Source of the DNA: Octopus sinensis
Lineage: Eukaryota
DNA length: 64,000 nt
Direction: 5' to 3'
Assembly (NCBI RefSeq): GCF_006345805.1
Contig: NC_043019.1
Span: forward strand, 4,091,360 to 4,155,359
Shown here: positions 48,939-63,262 of the stretch, one piece after another
Layout of the letters: each line of letters opens with the position of its first letter
How positions within the stretch are numbered: position 1 is the stretch's first letter
Notes under the pieces: model-generated
Told to the model about the DNA's origin: nothing
The model's input: the letters and a program-made list of their open reading frames with translations, nothing else
Databases searched by the model: none
Program-made: the position numbers and the translations under genes

Positions 48939-50870
48939 CTGTGGAAAACCCAAGGAAATATTCTGTGTTACAATGATGCCCAAAGTAATAGCTACACCTA
49001 CAACAACAACAACAGCAACATCTACAAATAATAAAAAAACAGCAGACAACATCACTGGCAATGGTAGCCTCAAACAGTAACTCAACATTGTCAGAAATAA
49101 CAGCTAAATTTCACTCAAATCACCGAGTTTTCTTACAAAAAGGAAGATCACACTACGTGATGTAGTCCTAGGTATACATAGCAAATGGTATGATCAGATA
49201 GAACACCTTTGATCAGAGGTCATTCTATCAAAACTGACCTGGAGGTCAGCAACAAAACACCAACAACAGCAGCAGTCCCCGACTTCCATCCGTTGATGCT
49301 CTCGGTGTCGGGGGTTGACCTGATTTCTCTTCTGCGGGCCTTACGAATAGCAAAGGACAACGTTCTCCCATCTCGCGAGCTCTGGGACGAAGACCGTTCG
49401 CTCAACAGCAAAAGCAGCATACCAAAGGAATGGGGGCTCCTACATAGTAGCCTGATCTGTTAGAAACACCAGCCAAATCTCTCTCAAATCTTGTGTACCT
49501 ATTGAAATAAAAATACCTAAAAGCTGCCAAGAATTAAATGTGCAACTTTCAAAGGCTGTAGATGGAAGAATTTTCAAAATACTCTTGATTTGGTAAGATA
49601 TTTGAACTCTACAGAAAAAGGTAACCCCAAAACAGATGGCTTCAAAGTTGTGCTTGCCATACTAGAAGAATAATAAATGTCTCAAGCTGATGTGAGAGAC
49701 TCGTTCGGGAAAAGATGTAAAATTAATTAATATCATAAAGGCCTAAAATTTCAAAACTATCAAGGATATTGACTTAATACTTGATATTTTCCCATCATAT
49801 AGGTACGGGAGCTAGTATGAATTTTTTCAGGGGGACCTGAGGGACTGACCTGTGAACCTCTGGGTGATTTGACAGTGTCTGTGTTTCTGGGCTGACCAAA
49901 GCCTTGTGAGGCAATTTGGTTGATGGAAACTGAAAGAAACCCGTTGTATATGTACATATACCTATGTGTCTGTATCTTTGTGTCTCTGTTCCCCACCACC
50001 ACTTGAAAACTAGTGTTGGTGTGTTTATGTCCCTGTAACTTAGCCGTTGGATTCGGCTTGGTTGCTACGGCTGGATGCTCTTCCTAACGCCAACAATTTA
50101 CAGTGTGTGCTGGGTGCATTTAATATGGCACTGGCCCAGGGTTCCTTCAGGCCACTCCTTTTCAATAGGGGAAGCAATATCAATACTTCTGCTGTGGAGT
50201 ATGGATCTTCTTGTGTATGGCAAAGCACCAGATGTTTTGGTCCTTTGTCATCTCTTCCACGAGGTTTAGTGTCCCGAGGCCATCCTTCAGTATTTCGTCC
50301 CATGTCTTCCTGAATCTTCCTCTTCCATGAGTTCCATCCACTTTCAATTATTGGCACTTCTTTATGGAACTGTTAGCATCCATCCTCATCACATGACTAA
50401 ACCAGTGCAGTCTTCTCTCCTGCACGCTGCATCTAACGTCTCTTAAGCCAATTTTTTTTCTCAGCACACTAGCACACTGTTGCACATGTACACTTAAATT
50501 GCACATGCAGCAGAGCATACTAACCTCATTCCTCTCTAACCTCTGAATGCAGAGGACATATAAAGAAATACATAAATATGTATATATGTTCATACATATG
50601 GATGTGTGCATGCATGTATGAATATATGTATAGAATGTTAATAAAATATAGAAAACATGGCATTTCATGCTTTATAAAACATACACGTATTTTGGAAAAT
50701 TACTGCTAGTATTACGTAATTGCCTTTAGAAACATTACATAATCTTGTAAGCACTTCTTCAGTATTTAGCAAAATATACAAAGAATGGTGCTAAATGCTC
50801 AATATTCCTGTTAAGCATATTATCTACATCAGTGGAATGACAAAATCTACACACCATCGTCATATCATAC

Positions 50871-51027
50871 CTGGTAAATCTGTCAATGATACACCATATG
50901 CTATATTCATAAACGCTTGTTCTTCTTCATTACCAAATAACAGGGAGTTTTGTAGACAGGCTTGGAAAAACTGTCTTGAATCTCTAGGGTGACATAGCAT
51001 CAGTATATTTGAGGCTTTTAATGTTAT
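50871..51027 (-). CDS. STAND-TPR gene A, exon 3
   Basis: TTTTAG|ATA acceptor, G|GTATGA donor, phases 0-1; ITLKASNIL...FGNEEEQAFMNIAYGVSLTDLP. Confidence 0.88.
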
Positions 51028-51479
51028 CTAAAAGACAAAGACAGTAACATGTGTTAATATTTTGTCTGTAGGGATAATGTGGTTAGCTGGCAGAACCATT
51101 AGCACACTAAACAGAATGCTTGGTGGCATTTTGTCTGTCTTCGTGTTCTGAGTTCAAATCAGTTTTCCTCTTCCCAGAAATTGCTAGCCTTGTGCCAAAA
51201 TATGAAATCAATGTTTTTCTGAAAAATATTAATGATTTCAAATCTTTACTGCCCCAGGGGAATAATAATAATATTAATCCTTTCTACTAAAGGCCTGAAA
51301 TTTTGGGGAAGGTGCCTAATCGATTACATCGACCCCAGTGTTTCACTGGTACTAAATTTATTGATTCTGAAAGAATGAAAGGCAAAGTAGACCTCAGCAG
51401 CATTTGAACTCAGAATGTAAAGATGGATGAAAAGTCGCTAAGCATTTTGTTCAGCATGCTAACGATTCTGCCAGCTTAC

Positions 51480-53350
51480 AAGCCATTAATATTGTAATCA
51501 AAATAAGAAATAGTTCAAATATAGACAAACTCATTAAATAAGCTAACTTTATAATTAATATATAAGTGTAGTTTCTATAAATTTAATATATCACTCAATA
51601 ATATAGTTGACTAAATATAAATTAATATAATACCTAATTTATTTCAATTTAATGCTACTTAATAAACGTACCACCTAATTATTAAATAATATATTGTCTA
51701 ACAAAATTAATTCTCAAATTAAGTTAAATGTAATACGTTAGATCCCTTAATAAAAAATAATAATAAATCATTACAAATAAATAGATATAATGATTAATAA
51801 CTATTATTACTTATAACTATCAATATATATATAAATGATATAATGGCGAAAATTATTTACTAATTATTTACTAAGAAACATCTAAGCCCCTTAAATTAAA
51901 GAAAGGTGCAAAAATATTAGAACAAATGAACAATACACTATGAAGATATTCAACCACAACCGACGATCCTCTACAAATCCAGTCAATAACAATTATAGTA
52001 ATAACAACGATCAAACTCAAAATAATACAAGATCCAAATAATATTGACAAACAAACTATGTTACAAAGTTCAACGATTAAATTAATCTATCTGGATTTTA
52101 AATGTATAAAAATATATGTTTTAGCGTCTTATTAATATACCCAAGTCATGAATAATACAATCAAAAATAGGAAATGGTTCAAATATACACAAATCCATTA
52201 TATAAACTAACTATTTTATTAATATATATGTGTAATATCTATAGATTTAATATTTCACACGATAATAAAGTTGAACATAATATTAATTAGAATAGAAACT
52301 AATTTACTTAAATGTAATACTACTTAATAAAAATATTACTTAATTATTATATAATCTATAGTCTAACGAAACTAATTCTCAAATTAGATTATATGTAAAA
52401 CGTTAAATTCCTTCATAAAAATAATAGATATCATAACTAATAACGATCATGAATAATACTTATCAAGAAAATATAAATAAATAATAATATTTCAATAACA
52501 ATAATAATAACAATAATAATAATAATTTCAAACCCAAAACGATTCAAAATCCAAATGAAATAGATAAACAATAAACTGTAACTTAGCTTGCCGAAGGAAA
52601 AATGTAACTGAATTTTAAACGTGAAAAAATAATTAATAGTGTTTATAAAATTTTACGCGTGAAGACAAAGTGCAAACAAATAGGATAAATTCTCAATGAA
52701 AATGGCAAATCTTTTCATCAATGAAAAATACGAAAAAAACCAAAACACAATTAAGCCTCATGAACTAAAGAAAGGTGAGAAAAAAATACAGCTTATGGAG
52801 AAACTACCATGAAGACACCCAACTACAACTAACAGACCCCTATTAATAAATCAATAACAAAATAATAACAGCTAAATATTAATCCCAAAACAATGCAAAA
52901 TCCACACGAAATGGAGGAATGAACGTTGCTTAGTTAGTTGAGAAAATATCACTAGATTATAAACGTAAAGAATAGTTCTTAGCGTTTATAAGAAATAAAA
53001 CTCGTGGAGACGTTGCGTAGAAAAACAGAATAAATTATTAATGAAAATGACTAAAAGGAATTTATTAATGAAAAATACGGAAAATATTTAAGCTTCATGA
53101 ATCAAAGAAAATTAACAAAAATAGGATAACAAGTATTACTTGTTCATCAAAACTACCCGGACCCTACATCAAACTGTACGCGATTATTATTATTATTATT
53201 ACCATCACTGCCACTAACCCAATCTACAACAAACCGCCAGCTAACGCCAAATTTAGTTACAGCTGACTATAAAATAAAATAATAACAATAGTAATAATAA
53301 TAAAAAATTAAAATTAAAATAAGATAAAATTTAATTCAATTAATGAAGAT
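51480..53350. repeat. Very AT-rich block with a diverged ~660-bp internal duplication; origin uncertain, possibly Penelope-related
   Basis: AAATAG(A/G)AA(T/A)..TTCAAATATA.ACAAA.TCATTA at ~51505 and ~52165; recurring CAAAATCCA motif; absent from copy B. Confidence 0.55.
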
Positions 53351-53366
53351 AATAAATTTAATAATA

Positions 53367-53700
53367 TTACATCTCATCCAAACTGACCCTCTCCCTAATT
53401 AGTTGGGCTATGATCTTCTCCGTGACCTTCATTACCTGATCCAACAGCTTGATACCTCTGTAATTATTTGTATCTAAGGCGTCACCTATACCTTTGTAGC
53501 AGTTGACTATTATGCTGCTACACCAGTCATTCGATATGACTCCTTCGTGTATCACCTGGTTATCTATACGGGTGACCAGGCTAGATCCGACACTGCCAGA
53601 TATTTTGAGCATCTCTGCAGTGATTCCCGATGAGCCGGGGGCTTTCCCTGTCTTCATACTTTTAATAGCTTTATCTACTGTCAACTCGGATAGCTGCTTT
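53367..53700 (-). mobile_element. RTE-clade LINE RT N-terminal fragment
   Basis: AIKSMKTGKAPG..GITAEMLK...W..SII..YKG.GD...NNYRGIKLL. Confidence 0.9.
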
Positions 53701-53913
53701 ATCTATTATTAAGATTTGTATTTAAAAATTATTGAAATAATTTGTGTATTTTCGAAGTATAAACAATTTCTTACTGATATATTTTAACAACAGCAAACTC
53801 GTGTATGGACCTCTATGGGCCATATGGTCCTCAACTGAAAACCAATGGACGATATAACACAGGTTCAACAAAAATGTGACACATGAAAGACTGACTTGGA
53901 AAAAATATCTTAC

Positions 53914-54939
53914 CTCATAATAAACTCCATATGTCCTACCATCTGAGGGTGCTTCAATCCCTTTCTTCAAGATAAATGAAATATTTTCCCAGTTATTCTT
54001 CATTATTCCAAGTGCTTCATATATGAGGCCTTTATCATAAATATCTTGAGCCTTCATCAAACTTTTCCCGATAATGTTTGTATATTTGAGCTTTACCAAA
54101 TCATTGCTGTGTACATTGTCAATCTGTTGCATAGAAAGTACACGTACTAATTCTTGTACTTGGAAATTCTGTAATTCTAAATCTGAACTGATCAAACCTT
54201 GTTCAACAAGCGGCATCAGAACACGTATCATTGAAGCTGGTTGACTAGAAGAACCAGTCATTTCAACAGCTTCCTCAATACCAAATCTTCCAGGAAAATA
54301 TGAAAGCACTTTGATAGCATCTTGCTGTTCGTGAGAGAGTTGAGAAAAGTACTTGTCCATTTCTTGCTTAATATTACGTCTGTTAATTGTACATTCGTCC
54401 AGCCAGTCATTGAGCTTGGTTTCATCACAAATCATTTTGTAGATATCATTAAAAGAGAAATTATGATGAAACTGGGAGATTTTTTCTGCAAAGTAAATAA
54501 GAAGTCCTGGCAAGCCACAGGCATATCTGATGATGTTGTGTATTTGTTCTTTGTTCTCATCATCCGTCTCAATGTCTGAACAGCGACCGAAAAGAAGCTG
54601 GGCATCTCCAATGGACAATGGACTCACTTTACACTTTCCAAACCTGATTCCATCAAACTGAAATGGTTCTCCACCACTTAATATGAGAATGATTTTTAGA
54701 TTTGGGTGCAGTGGAAAGTCATTGTCGCAAAGCTCCTGGAAACCTGGAAGGAAGCTTTCTTGAATGTTCTGGAAATCATCAAAAATACAAATTTTCCATT
54801 TCGTGTTGGTGATAGTGGAACAATTGGTGAATGTATTGTACATGTTGGAAATATCAGACCAACTGCTATTATTAGAAATATGGATGTGTTTTATGTGGAG
54901 TCTTTCGGGGTTGATTTCATCCTTCAATTCTTGACAGAC
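53914..54939 (-). CDS. STAND-TPR gene A, exon 2 (Walker B, GLP motif, winged helix)
   Basis: 1026 bp, phase 0-0; VCQELKDE...ICIFDDFQN...ACGLPGLL...FQVQELVR...GVYYE|gtaag. Confidence 0.93.
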
Positions 54940-56120
54940 CTGTCATATTAGAAACATAACATTAGAACAAGTTCAAAGGTTTCCATAGATTCACTTATCA
55001 ATTTATTGGTCTCTCAGTTTTTCTCTTTCTCTGTCTGACTTTATAATTCTCTCTCAATAACTGTCTCTTTGTCTATTCTTTTGTCTATGCATTAGTTCAG
55101 GGTATCCTTTATATTCCTTCATATTCATCTTACAGTTTGCCTAAGTATCTTTCTGGATAACAGTTTGTCACTTTGCCATTCTATCTCTTAATTATCTTTC
55201 TGTTAATTACACAGATGCTTTATCTCTTTTACTATCCATCTCTTATTTCGTCTACCTCTCTGACTCTCTGTCAGTCAATTAATTATTCTTGTGCTTGAGA
55301 GATCTTTCAAGTCAAGTGAGGTCGTAGTCATGGCTGATGCTGGGGTTTCGTAACTGGCACGTAAAAAACACCCCTTACACTCTTGCAGTGGTTGGTGTTA
55401 GGAGGGGCATCCATCTGTAGAAACCATGTCAAATTAGATTGGAACCTGGTGCAGCTCCCCAGCTTACCAGTTTTCAGCCAAACTGGCAGACCCTCTACAG
55501 CCTTCGGAAACCAAACTTACTTGTTTCCAAGGAAATATTTCTCTATAGGAAATTTCCATGTAATATTGGAAGTTAATGACATTCATTTACAAGAAATCTA
55601 CAATGTCAAGCCGAGGAGATGCAAACATACACACGCTCACAGTTGCATACGTACAGACACACACACACAAACACACATATACACACCTGCCTTCCTACCT
55701 ACCTACCTACCTACCTACCTACCTACCTACCTACATACCTACCTACCTACTTACCTACCTACCTACCTACCTACCTACCTACCCACCCACTCACTTACAT
55801 ACATAATATATAAAGCAGTCAAACCTCTCCCAAACTGTCCACCTTCTTCATGACATAGAACAGGAGACATTAATAATATAATCTTTGCCATAGACAGAAT
55901 GGTTACAGGAGAAATACCTTTGATCATAGGTCAACCACCAACTCACCAAACGGTACAAAGACTTCAGTGACTGCCATTGTATGGGATTGAACCAGAAATG
56001 CTTTTGTCTTTAGTCAGTAACTTAACTGTAAAACCTCAATGATCCCTAATAACCTACAGAAACGCAAAATGCAATAAGGTTAACGTAAAAAAAGAGAGAA
56101 AACAATAGTAAATTTCTTAC

Positions 56121-56300
56121 AGTTTTCACAAGACTTGTTTTGCCAACATAAGGCAGTCCATAAACTTGTATTATTTGAGTATCTTCATCCTTGATCAAGA
56201 TCTTCAGTTTTTCCCTCTCATCATGTCGTCCAACAAAGTGTCTGCCATTATTGCCTTGCTGTCTCATGTAATTGGGGGGTAATCGATATGGTGTTGCCAT
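56121..56300 (-). CDS. STAND-TPR gene A, first coding exon (Walker A)
   Basis: FVGRHDERE...GLPYVGKTSLVKT|gtaag; in-frame TAA four codons upstream of the ATG. Confidence 0.9.
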
Positions 56301-57419
56301 ACTGATAATTTAGAAATTTCTTTCGTCTTTCTGAATTTTCAAAAGCTGGAATTCTGGTGAAGATAAACAGAAGAGATAATTGTTGTGTCATGGGATAAAG
56401 TGGAACCCTCAACTATGTATGATGCTTAGAAAAAATAAAATTTTATAAATTTTCTACAAGAACAAAGTCTACATCAAACTTAGGTGATGGGACACTTGCA
56501 GATGATGGAGGGTTCGAAGAAGTCGTAGAGGATTCTGCTGTTGAATTGCTTGTGTCCCAGATAGATTGTTAATTAATCAAGGAACTGATTTTGTTAGATC
56601 AAGAGTAAAATGAGTAATGGTCGTGCTGGATATCTTGGAAGTTTTCTTTACATCTTTGAAACTGAAACCAAAAAACATTAGTATGACTGGAAACAAAAGT
56701 AAGAGCTCGTTACGGTTATCTCTTTAGATTTTCAGGAGAAAATTGTAACCAGCAGTGGTTTATTATGACATTTTTGTATCTGAAGCAAATGAGTGCTGGC
56801 TATAATTTCTTAAGGAAATCTTTAGAGATGACTTTAACGTGTGATTTAATAGTACTGCTAACACAGGAGAAAACAGTATTGACTTATAAAAGCATTTAAT
56901 ATATTTTGTTGTATATTGCGGTTGCTTAAAGATATATAGTGTCCCTACAGGTCATTAAGAGCAGAAGCAAGAAGATTCTAAAAACGAATCCTTAATCCTT
57001 TGAAAATTAAAGTAGGTGTTGGACTGGATTCTTAGAAGTGAGTAAATTACCTACGAAATAACTCGATGGTCAAGACGTTAGTTTCTCAATTATATAGAGT
57101 GAGGGTTCTGTCCTATAGCATGACACCTTGGGCAAGTATCTTCTACTATTGCCTCAGCCTGAACCAAAGTATTGTGAGTAGATTTGGTCGACCGGAACCG
57201 AAAGAAACCCATTGTATGTGTGTGTTGTGTGACACAGGTATGTTACTCACACCATCCATTAGGCTGAACTTCCAGAAGTCTAACTGTAGGCTTATACTTC
57301 CTGTCAATTGCTTTCATAAGTTGTCTAAAAGCTCTTCTCAGATAATATACCTCGATAATATACCCAATAATATAATATAATACACATAATATATGTAACC
57401 CTAACTTTGAAGTTAGCTA

Positions 57420-58000
57420 TCCCAGATCCATGGGGATATATGCTATTCTCACATTATCAGAAAACTCATTTAAGTTATATAAAATGTGTAATGTTTTGTT
57501 GGATATATAATGTCTGGCATGGGGTCTTTCTACAACAGGACAAAAGTGTTTGCAAACAGTCCTTGAAGAGACCGGCACTGTGTTAAATAACTGGTGGTGA
57601 GGAGCCCTCAAAAGAGCCATTTGTACTGAGTCAGTTAGATTTAGTAAACAGTTAAGTTTAGAGAAGAAGAGAGTAGAAAGAAGCTTAGTTAAGGCATTAG
57701 AAGAGGCGCTGAGGGTGGGCTCTGCATCCCAAATTTTAGCGGCGAGATCGGCCTTAGACCGACACCTCAATGTAATGTGAAACACGAAGGATGCAGAGTT
57801 CGGGCTAAGGTACGTGCATTGGGTGGCGAGGGTATCAACGTTACCGGGTGGGTTCGCTCGGTAGAAATTCAACGTGGCGTGGATGCTACAATTAGGTCTG
57901 TGACAAATGAACATGGACAGGAAATCGAAGGGCAATGTGCAAGGTCTTTCACAAGCACTTTGCTGCATTGTTCGGAGGGGGCAGGACGTTGGACCATGGG
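57420..58000 (+). mobile_element. Degenerate L1/Tx1-like LINE ORF2 fragment
   Basis: NWW.GALKRAI...SKQL...ARSALD...HEGCRVRAK...RG.DATIRS...FAALFG. Confidence 0.65.
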
Positions 58001-58672
58001 GATGCCCTACAAAATTTTCTGTCTATCTATCTCCCTCTCTTGTTCTTTCTTTCTGTTTTTCTCTCCCACCCATGCCCTATTCTTCTCCTTTCCTCTTCAC
58101 CGTTCTCCCTCTCTCTCACTCTTCCTCCTTGACATTCTCGTTGCTCACACGTGACCAACGGCCATTCTCTCTTTCTTCCACTTCCTTCCTAAAGACAAGA
58201 AGTGCTTTTATCTGTCTCTTCTCAAAGCCCATTTTCCAGCGATCACCACTTTACATCGTCTTGGCTTAACAACCCTCACCAGTTGTTGTTACTGTTTTGT
58301 TCTCACTGTCCTGCTTTTGTTACCACTTTCACCCTCCACAAAAAAATCCCAAATTATAATTTAATTTGCCTTGCGGGAAGGACTGTTTTAATGAAGTCGC
58401 ATCTTGTCCTTACCTTCGAATCGTGGTGTAGATAAAACAGGGGACAACTGATGAAGGGAATGTTCTTTATGTCGCATGTCTCGTTTCTCTGTTTGTTTTT
58501 TTCGTTGTTCGAAAAAAGTTCTTTTTCTATGTTTTTTTTGTTTTTTATGCTCTCGTTTCTCATTGTGTCTAGGTTTGTTTGATGTCCTGTGCCCATAGAT
58601 GCATGTATATACACATATATATGTAGATATGTACATATATGTATTTATATATGCATATATTTATATAGTATT

Positions 58673-58787
<115 letters not shown>

Positions 58788-59799
58788 AAATAATTTACAA
58801 GATAAGAGCAAAAGAAAAATTCTAATGCCAAATATGCCGAAAAAAAGACATAATTGTCAATAAACCATTATAATTTATGTGTCTCGAAACAAACCGATAG
58901 AAATCTCTAAAAAATTCGTTATTACCGTATCGGTCCAATTTCGGGGTTAATTCGTAAGAAATTTTCCCCTCTTCAGCGGCAAATACGCGAGATATAAGTG
59001 AAATACTAACTCATACCCATGGAAAAAGCAAGCACTAAGTCCCGAGCAGAACTAAGTACCCCAAATATATCCAAAATAGAAAAATCTTCGACACATCTCG
59101 AGACACGTGTGATTCGAACTAGAAACTTTCACAGAGGGATAGAATCCGGAAGTGAACACTATTCAATTTATAACTAATGTAGGATAAAATTTTTTTCGGG
59201 AAAAATTTTTTATCATTGGCCAGCATATCAAAAAATACCTTTAAAGGTTAAATTTATAAAAAATTTACAAGATAAGGGCAGAAGAAAAATTCTAATGGTA
59301 TGTATGTATGTATGTATGTATGTATGTACGTATGTAGTATGTATGTATGTATGTATGTATGTATGTATGTATAGGTGTGTGTGTGTATGTATATATGCAT
59401 GTGTGAATGTACGACTATATGTACGTGTGCTCATGTGTGCGTGTGCATACTTGTATGTTCGTGTGTGTGCGTGCGTGTATGCGTGTATCAGCATTGATAA
59501 TGGGGATGGAAGTACACGCAACTGGAATTTCACACAGGTTAAAATATGAGATATGAGATATCAGTATATTTGCACAATTCTACAAATGGAGAGAGGCAGA
59601 GTGAGAGAGAGAAAGAGAAAGAGAGTGAGACAGAAAGACAGACAGTCAGAGACAGAGAGAGAGAGACAGACAAAGAGAAGGAGACGGTGATATTTATCTA
59701 GTGTAAATACACTCGAGTGTAAAGTATTATTGCCCAAAAATGAACACGAGATAATGTTTCATTCTGAGTGTACGTGTATCTATATATAGTATCTATATC

Positions 59800-60222
59800 T
59801 ATGTGGCTGTGTGGTAAGTAGCTTGCTAACAAACCACACGGTTCCGGGTTCAGTCCCACTGCGTGGCATCTTGGGCAAGTGTCTTCTGCTATAGCCTCGG
59901 GCCGACCAAAGCCTTGTGAGTGGATTTGGTAGATGGAAACTGAAAGAAGCCTGTTGTATATATGTATATATATGTGTGTGTGTGTGTATATGTTTGTGTG
60001 TCTGTGTTCCCCCCCCCACACACACACACACACAACATCGCTTGACAACCGATGCTGGTGTGTTTACGTCCCCGTCACTTAGTGCTTCGGCAAAAGAGAC
60101 CGATAGAATAAGTACTGGGCTTACAAAGAATAAGTCCCGTGGTCGATTTGCTCGACTAAAGGCGGTGCTCCAGCATGGCCGCAGTCAAATGACTGAAACA
60201 AGTAAAAGAGTAAAAGAGTATA
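59800..60222 (+). mobile_element. SINE family C, full length
   Basis: Same as 14038. Confidence 0.88.
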
Positions 60223-60237
60223 TCTGTATCTATATAT

Positions 60238-60468
60238 AGGCGGCGAGCTGGCAGAAACGTTAGCACTCCGGGCGAAATGCATAGCGGTATTTCGTCTGTC
60301 TTTACGTTCTGAGTTCAAATTCCGCCGAGGTCGACTTTGCCTTCTATCCTTTCGAGGTCGATAAATTAAGTACCAGTTATGCACTGGAGTCGATGTAATC
60401 GACTTAATCCCTTCGTCTGTCCTTGTTTGTCCCCTCTATGTTTAGCCCCTTGTGGGCAATAAATAAAT
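60238..60468 (+). mobile_element. SINE family A, full length
   Basis: GGCGGCGAGCTGGCAGAAACG head through GCCCCTTGTGGGCAATAAA tail. Confidence 0.9.
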
Positions 60469-60479
60469 ATATATATATA

Positions 60480-61260
60480 TAGTCTGATGGGAAGAGACCT
60501 GACGGCCTCACCCTGTGCTCCTGGTCGCAAGGCAGATGACTTGTCTAGGATGTCACAGTTAGCGACTCATTTGCTTCTTCTCGCATTCTGGATGCTGCGG
60601 TCATGATGAGATCCACAGCTTCTGCGACCGAGTGGAACAAAATCCTGAAACATCGCGATCTGTCGGCCAAATACATTTTCGATCCTGTGACGTTCGAGAT
60701 GTTTGGTGGGGTCGGACCACTGACTGCGAGATTTGAATGCTTCGGGAAATTTGAATGCTTGGTCAATGTCAAACTCCTTCCAGACTCCTGCAATTAAGCT
60801 GCTTTGCACAAAAGGTTTGGTGGTCTGGGTCTCCGCAAGTGCTTGGCTTTATCTCTCTCCTTCTTTCTTTCCTCCATCCATGTTTGCTCCCCTTCGCTGG
60901 GAAACAGCCTCTCCTCTCCAACGTGGATTATTTCCAACAGGGAGATGGATGAAGCTCTATCACAGTGGGGAGAGAGCTGGGTTTGTCAGTTCCGGTTAGA
61001 GTGGAGGATAGACAGAAACAGAGAATATGGGACAATCAGCATTTAGGTGCCTCTCTCAACTTTCTCCTTGATCAATCTGATTAATTTTCAAGGTGTCGCC
61101 TACTTTCAGCTTGTGCAAAATTCTCAGGGGACTGGATTGATGCCTTGCCTGTGGCCAACATTGGGGGTCTACTCAGTCTAGATGAACTCCACATATCCAT
61201 CGCACTAAGAGTAGGAACTGAAGTCTGAACAGGACTGAGACGCCACTGCGGTAGCCCCCA
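60480..61260 (+). mobile_element. CRE-like LINE fragments in rearranged order
   Basis: PDGL...HRDL...PVTFEMFGG (60480-60790) lies upstream of GGLGL...LDELHISIALRVG (60800-61260). Confidence 0.65.
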
Positions 61261-61327
61261 CCCCGAACCTATATGTCTTCACTGTCTGTTTTGCAGCTGT
61301 CTTCCTCTTTGTTTTTCTATAAATTTG

Positions 61328-61463
<136 letters not shown>

Positions 61464-61959
61464 TTAGATGGTCGTGGTCTCGCGTGGTGAAACTGTCTAA
61501 TAACGACTCTATTCAGAAAGCTGAAATCTTGATATATAAAATTGGGAATGTGTGTCTGTCTGTCTGAGTTCAAATTCCGCCGAGGTCGACTTTGCCTTTC
61601 ATGCTTTCGGGGTCGGTAAGATGAATTAAATACCAGTTGCGCACTGTGATCGATCTAATCGACTGGCCCCCTTCCCCAAAAATTTCGGGCCTTGTTCCAA
61701 GAGTAGAAAAGATCATTTATTATTCTATTAATGTGTACGTAATTAATTATCTATTGAATGAAAATTAAAAAAAAAATAGCTGTACAGTTTTTGAACGCGG
61801 GATAGCTGTGAGACGAGAGAGAAAGTTGGGTGATTACTATTAGAAGATAAGGAGAAAGAAGTTACCGACATGTACTTGAAACTTGCATCGTATTCTCAGT
61901 TTCCAAACACTTTGTACCACTAAGCCAACATTGACACACTCGCGACACACGTGCGACTT

Positions 61960-62340
61960 CAACAGTGACACACTCGCGCACACACATTGATATACATACA
62001 AACAAATGAAAGGCAATGAATGAATGTGTGGGAGTTGATCTCCAATGTTGGACGCAGGCAGAGCATCAATCGAGTCCCCCGAGAATTTTGCACCAGCAGA
62101 GAGTAGGCGATCCCTTGAAAATTGATCAGATTGATTAAGGAGTGAGAGTTGAAAGTGGCACCTGAATGCAGATTGTCCCACACTCTCTGTTTCTGTCTAT
62201 CCTCCCCTCTAACCGGAACTGACAAACCCAGCTCTCTCCCCACTGTGGTAGAGCTTCATCCATCTCCCTGTTGGAGTTAGTCCATGTTGGAGGAGAGAGG
62301 ATGTTGCCTACCAGAGGGGGGTAGGCGTGGTTGGAATATG
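61960..62340 (-). mobile_element. Inverted copy of the CRE-like fragment
   Basis: Reverse complement of ~60890-61140; also at 26640-26940. Confidence 0.7.
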
Positions 62341-62612
62341 GTGTTTTGTGTGTACAACATGGTCGCGGTCCAATGACTGAAACAAATAAAAGATATTTAA
62401 AATAATAATCACCTGCTCCTGATGTTGATGTCCTTTAAACTCCCTTCAATCCCGAACAAGCAGACCCATAGGTTCAAATAGACGTCTTAGCTGTGATATC
62501 ATGGGGCAACAAAATCGGGGGCGTATACATCTGTAGTAAGGCCCTTTTATTTATACGACTTTTCCGTTTCATGTTTATTTCATTCATTGTTTGCAAATTT
62601 CTCCCTCCCCCA

Positions 62613-62651
<39 letters not shown>

Positions 62652-63203
62652 GCTCTCTCTCTCTCTCCCTCTCTCTCTCTCTCACACACACGCTCACTGC
62701 AAGGCTTACAAAATGGCTATTGAACTGACATTTCTATGCTATTTTGAGGGGAAGTGTACAGCATGGCCACAGCGACTGAAACAAATAAAAGATATTTAAA
62801 ATAATAATCACCTGCTCCTGACGTTGATGTCCTTTAAACTCCCTTCAATCCTGAACAAGCAGACCCATATGTTCAAATAGACGTCTTAGCTGTGACCACC
62901 ACCTCTTATTTTAAAACACTGTGTATCTATGGCTATATAATCCAATGTGCCTAGATAAGTTATCTTCTCCAATTTTTAACGACAACAGCGGTTGATAAAA
63001 ATGTGGAAAAACCGAATTTTTCTCCCTCATTTCTTCACTAAAACTATAAACTGAATGAATATCGAGGTAGATAATTTCCCCCTCTCATTTACAGTCTAAT
63101 TACTTTATCGACTCAAGTGTTCTATATAATTTGTTAGTCACATGCTGTTGAGTCGTTGCCCTTTATTCTCTCTATCTCGCTCCATTCCCTCTGTTTATTT
63201 TCA

Positions 63204-63262
<59 letters not shown>

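Larger units (their letters stand above)
49660..56900. repeat. Segmental duplication, copy A (partner 16365-22770)
   Basis: See copy B. Confidence 0.95.
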
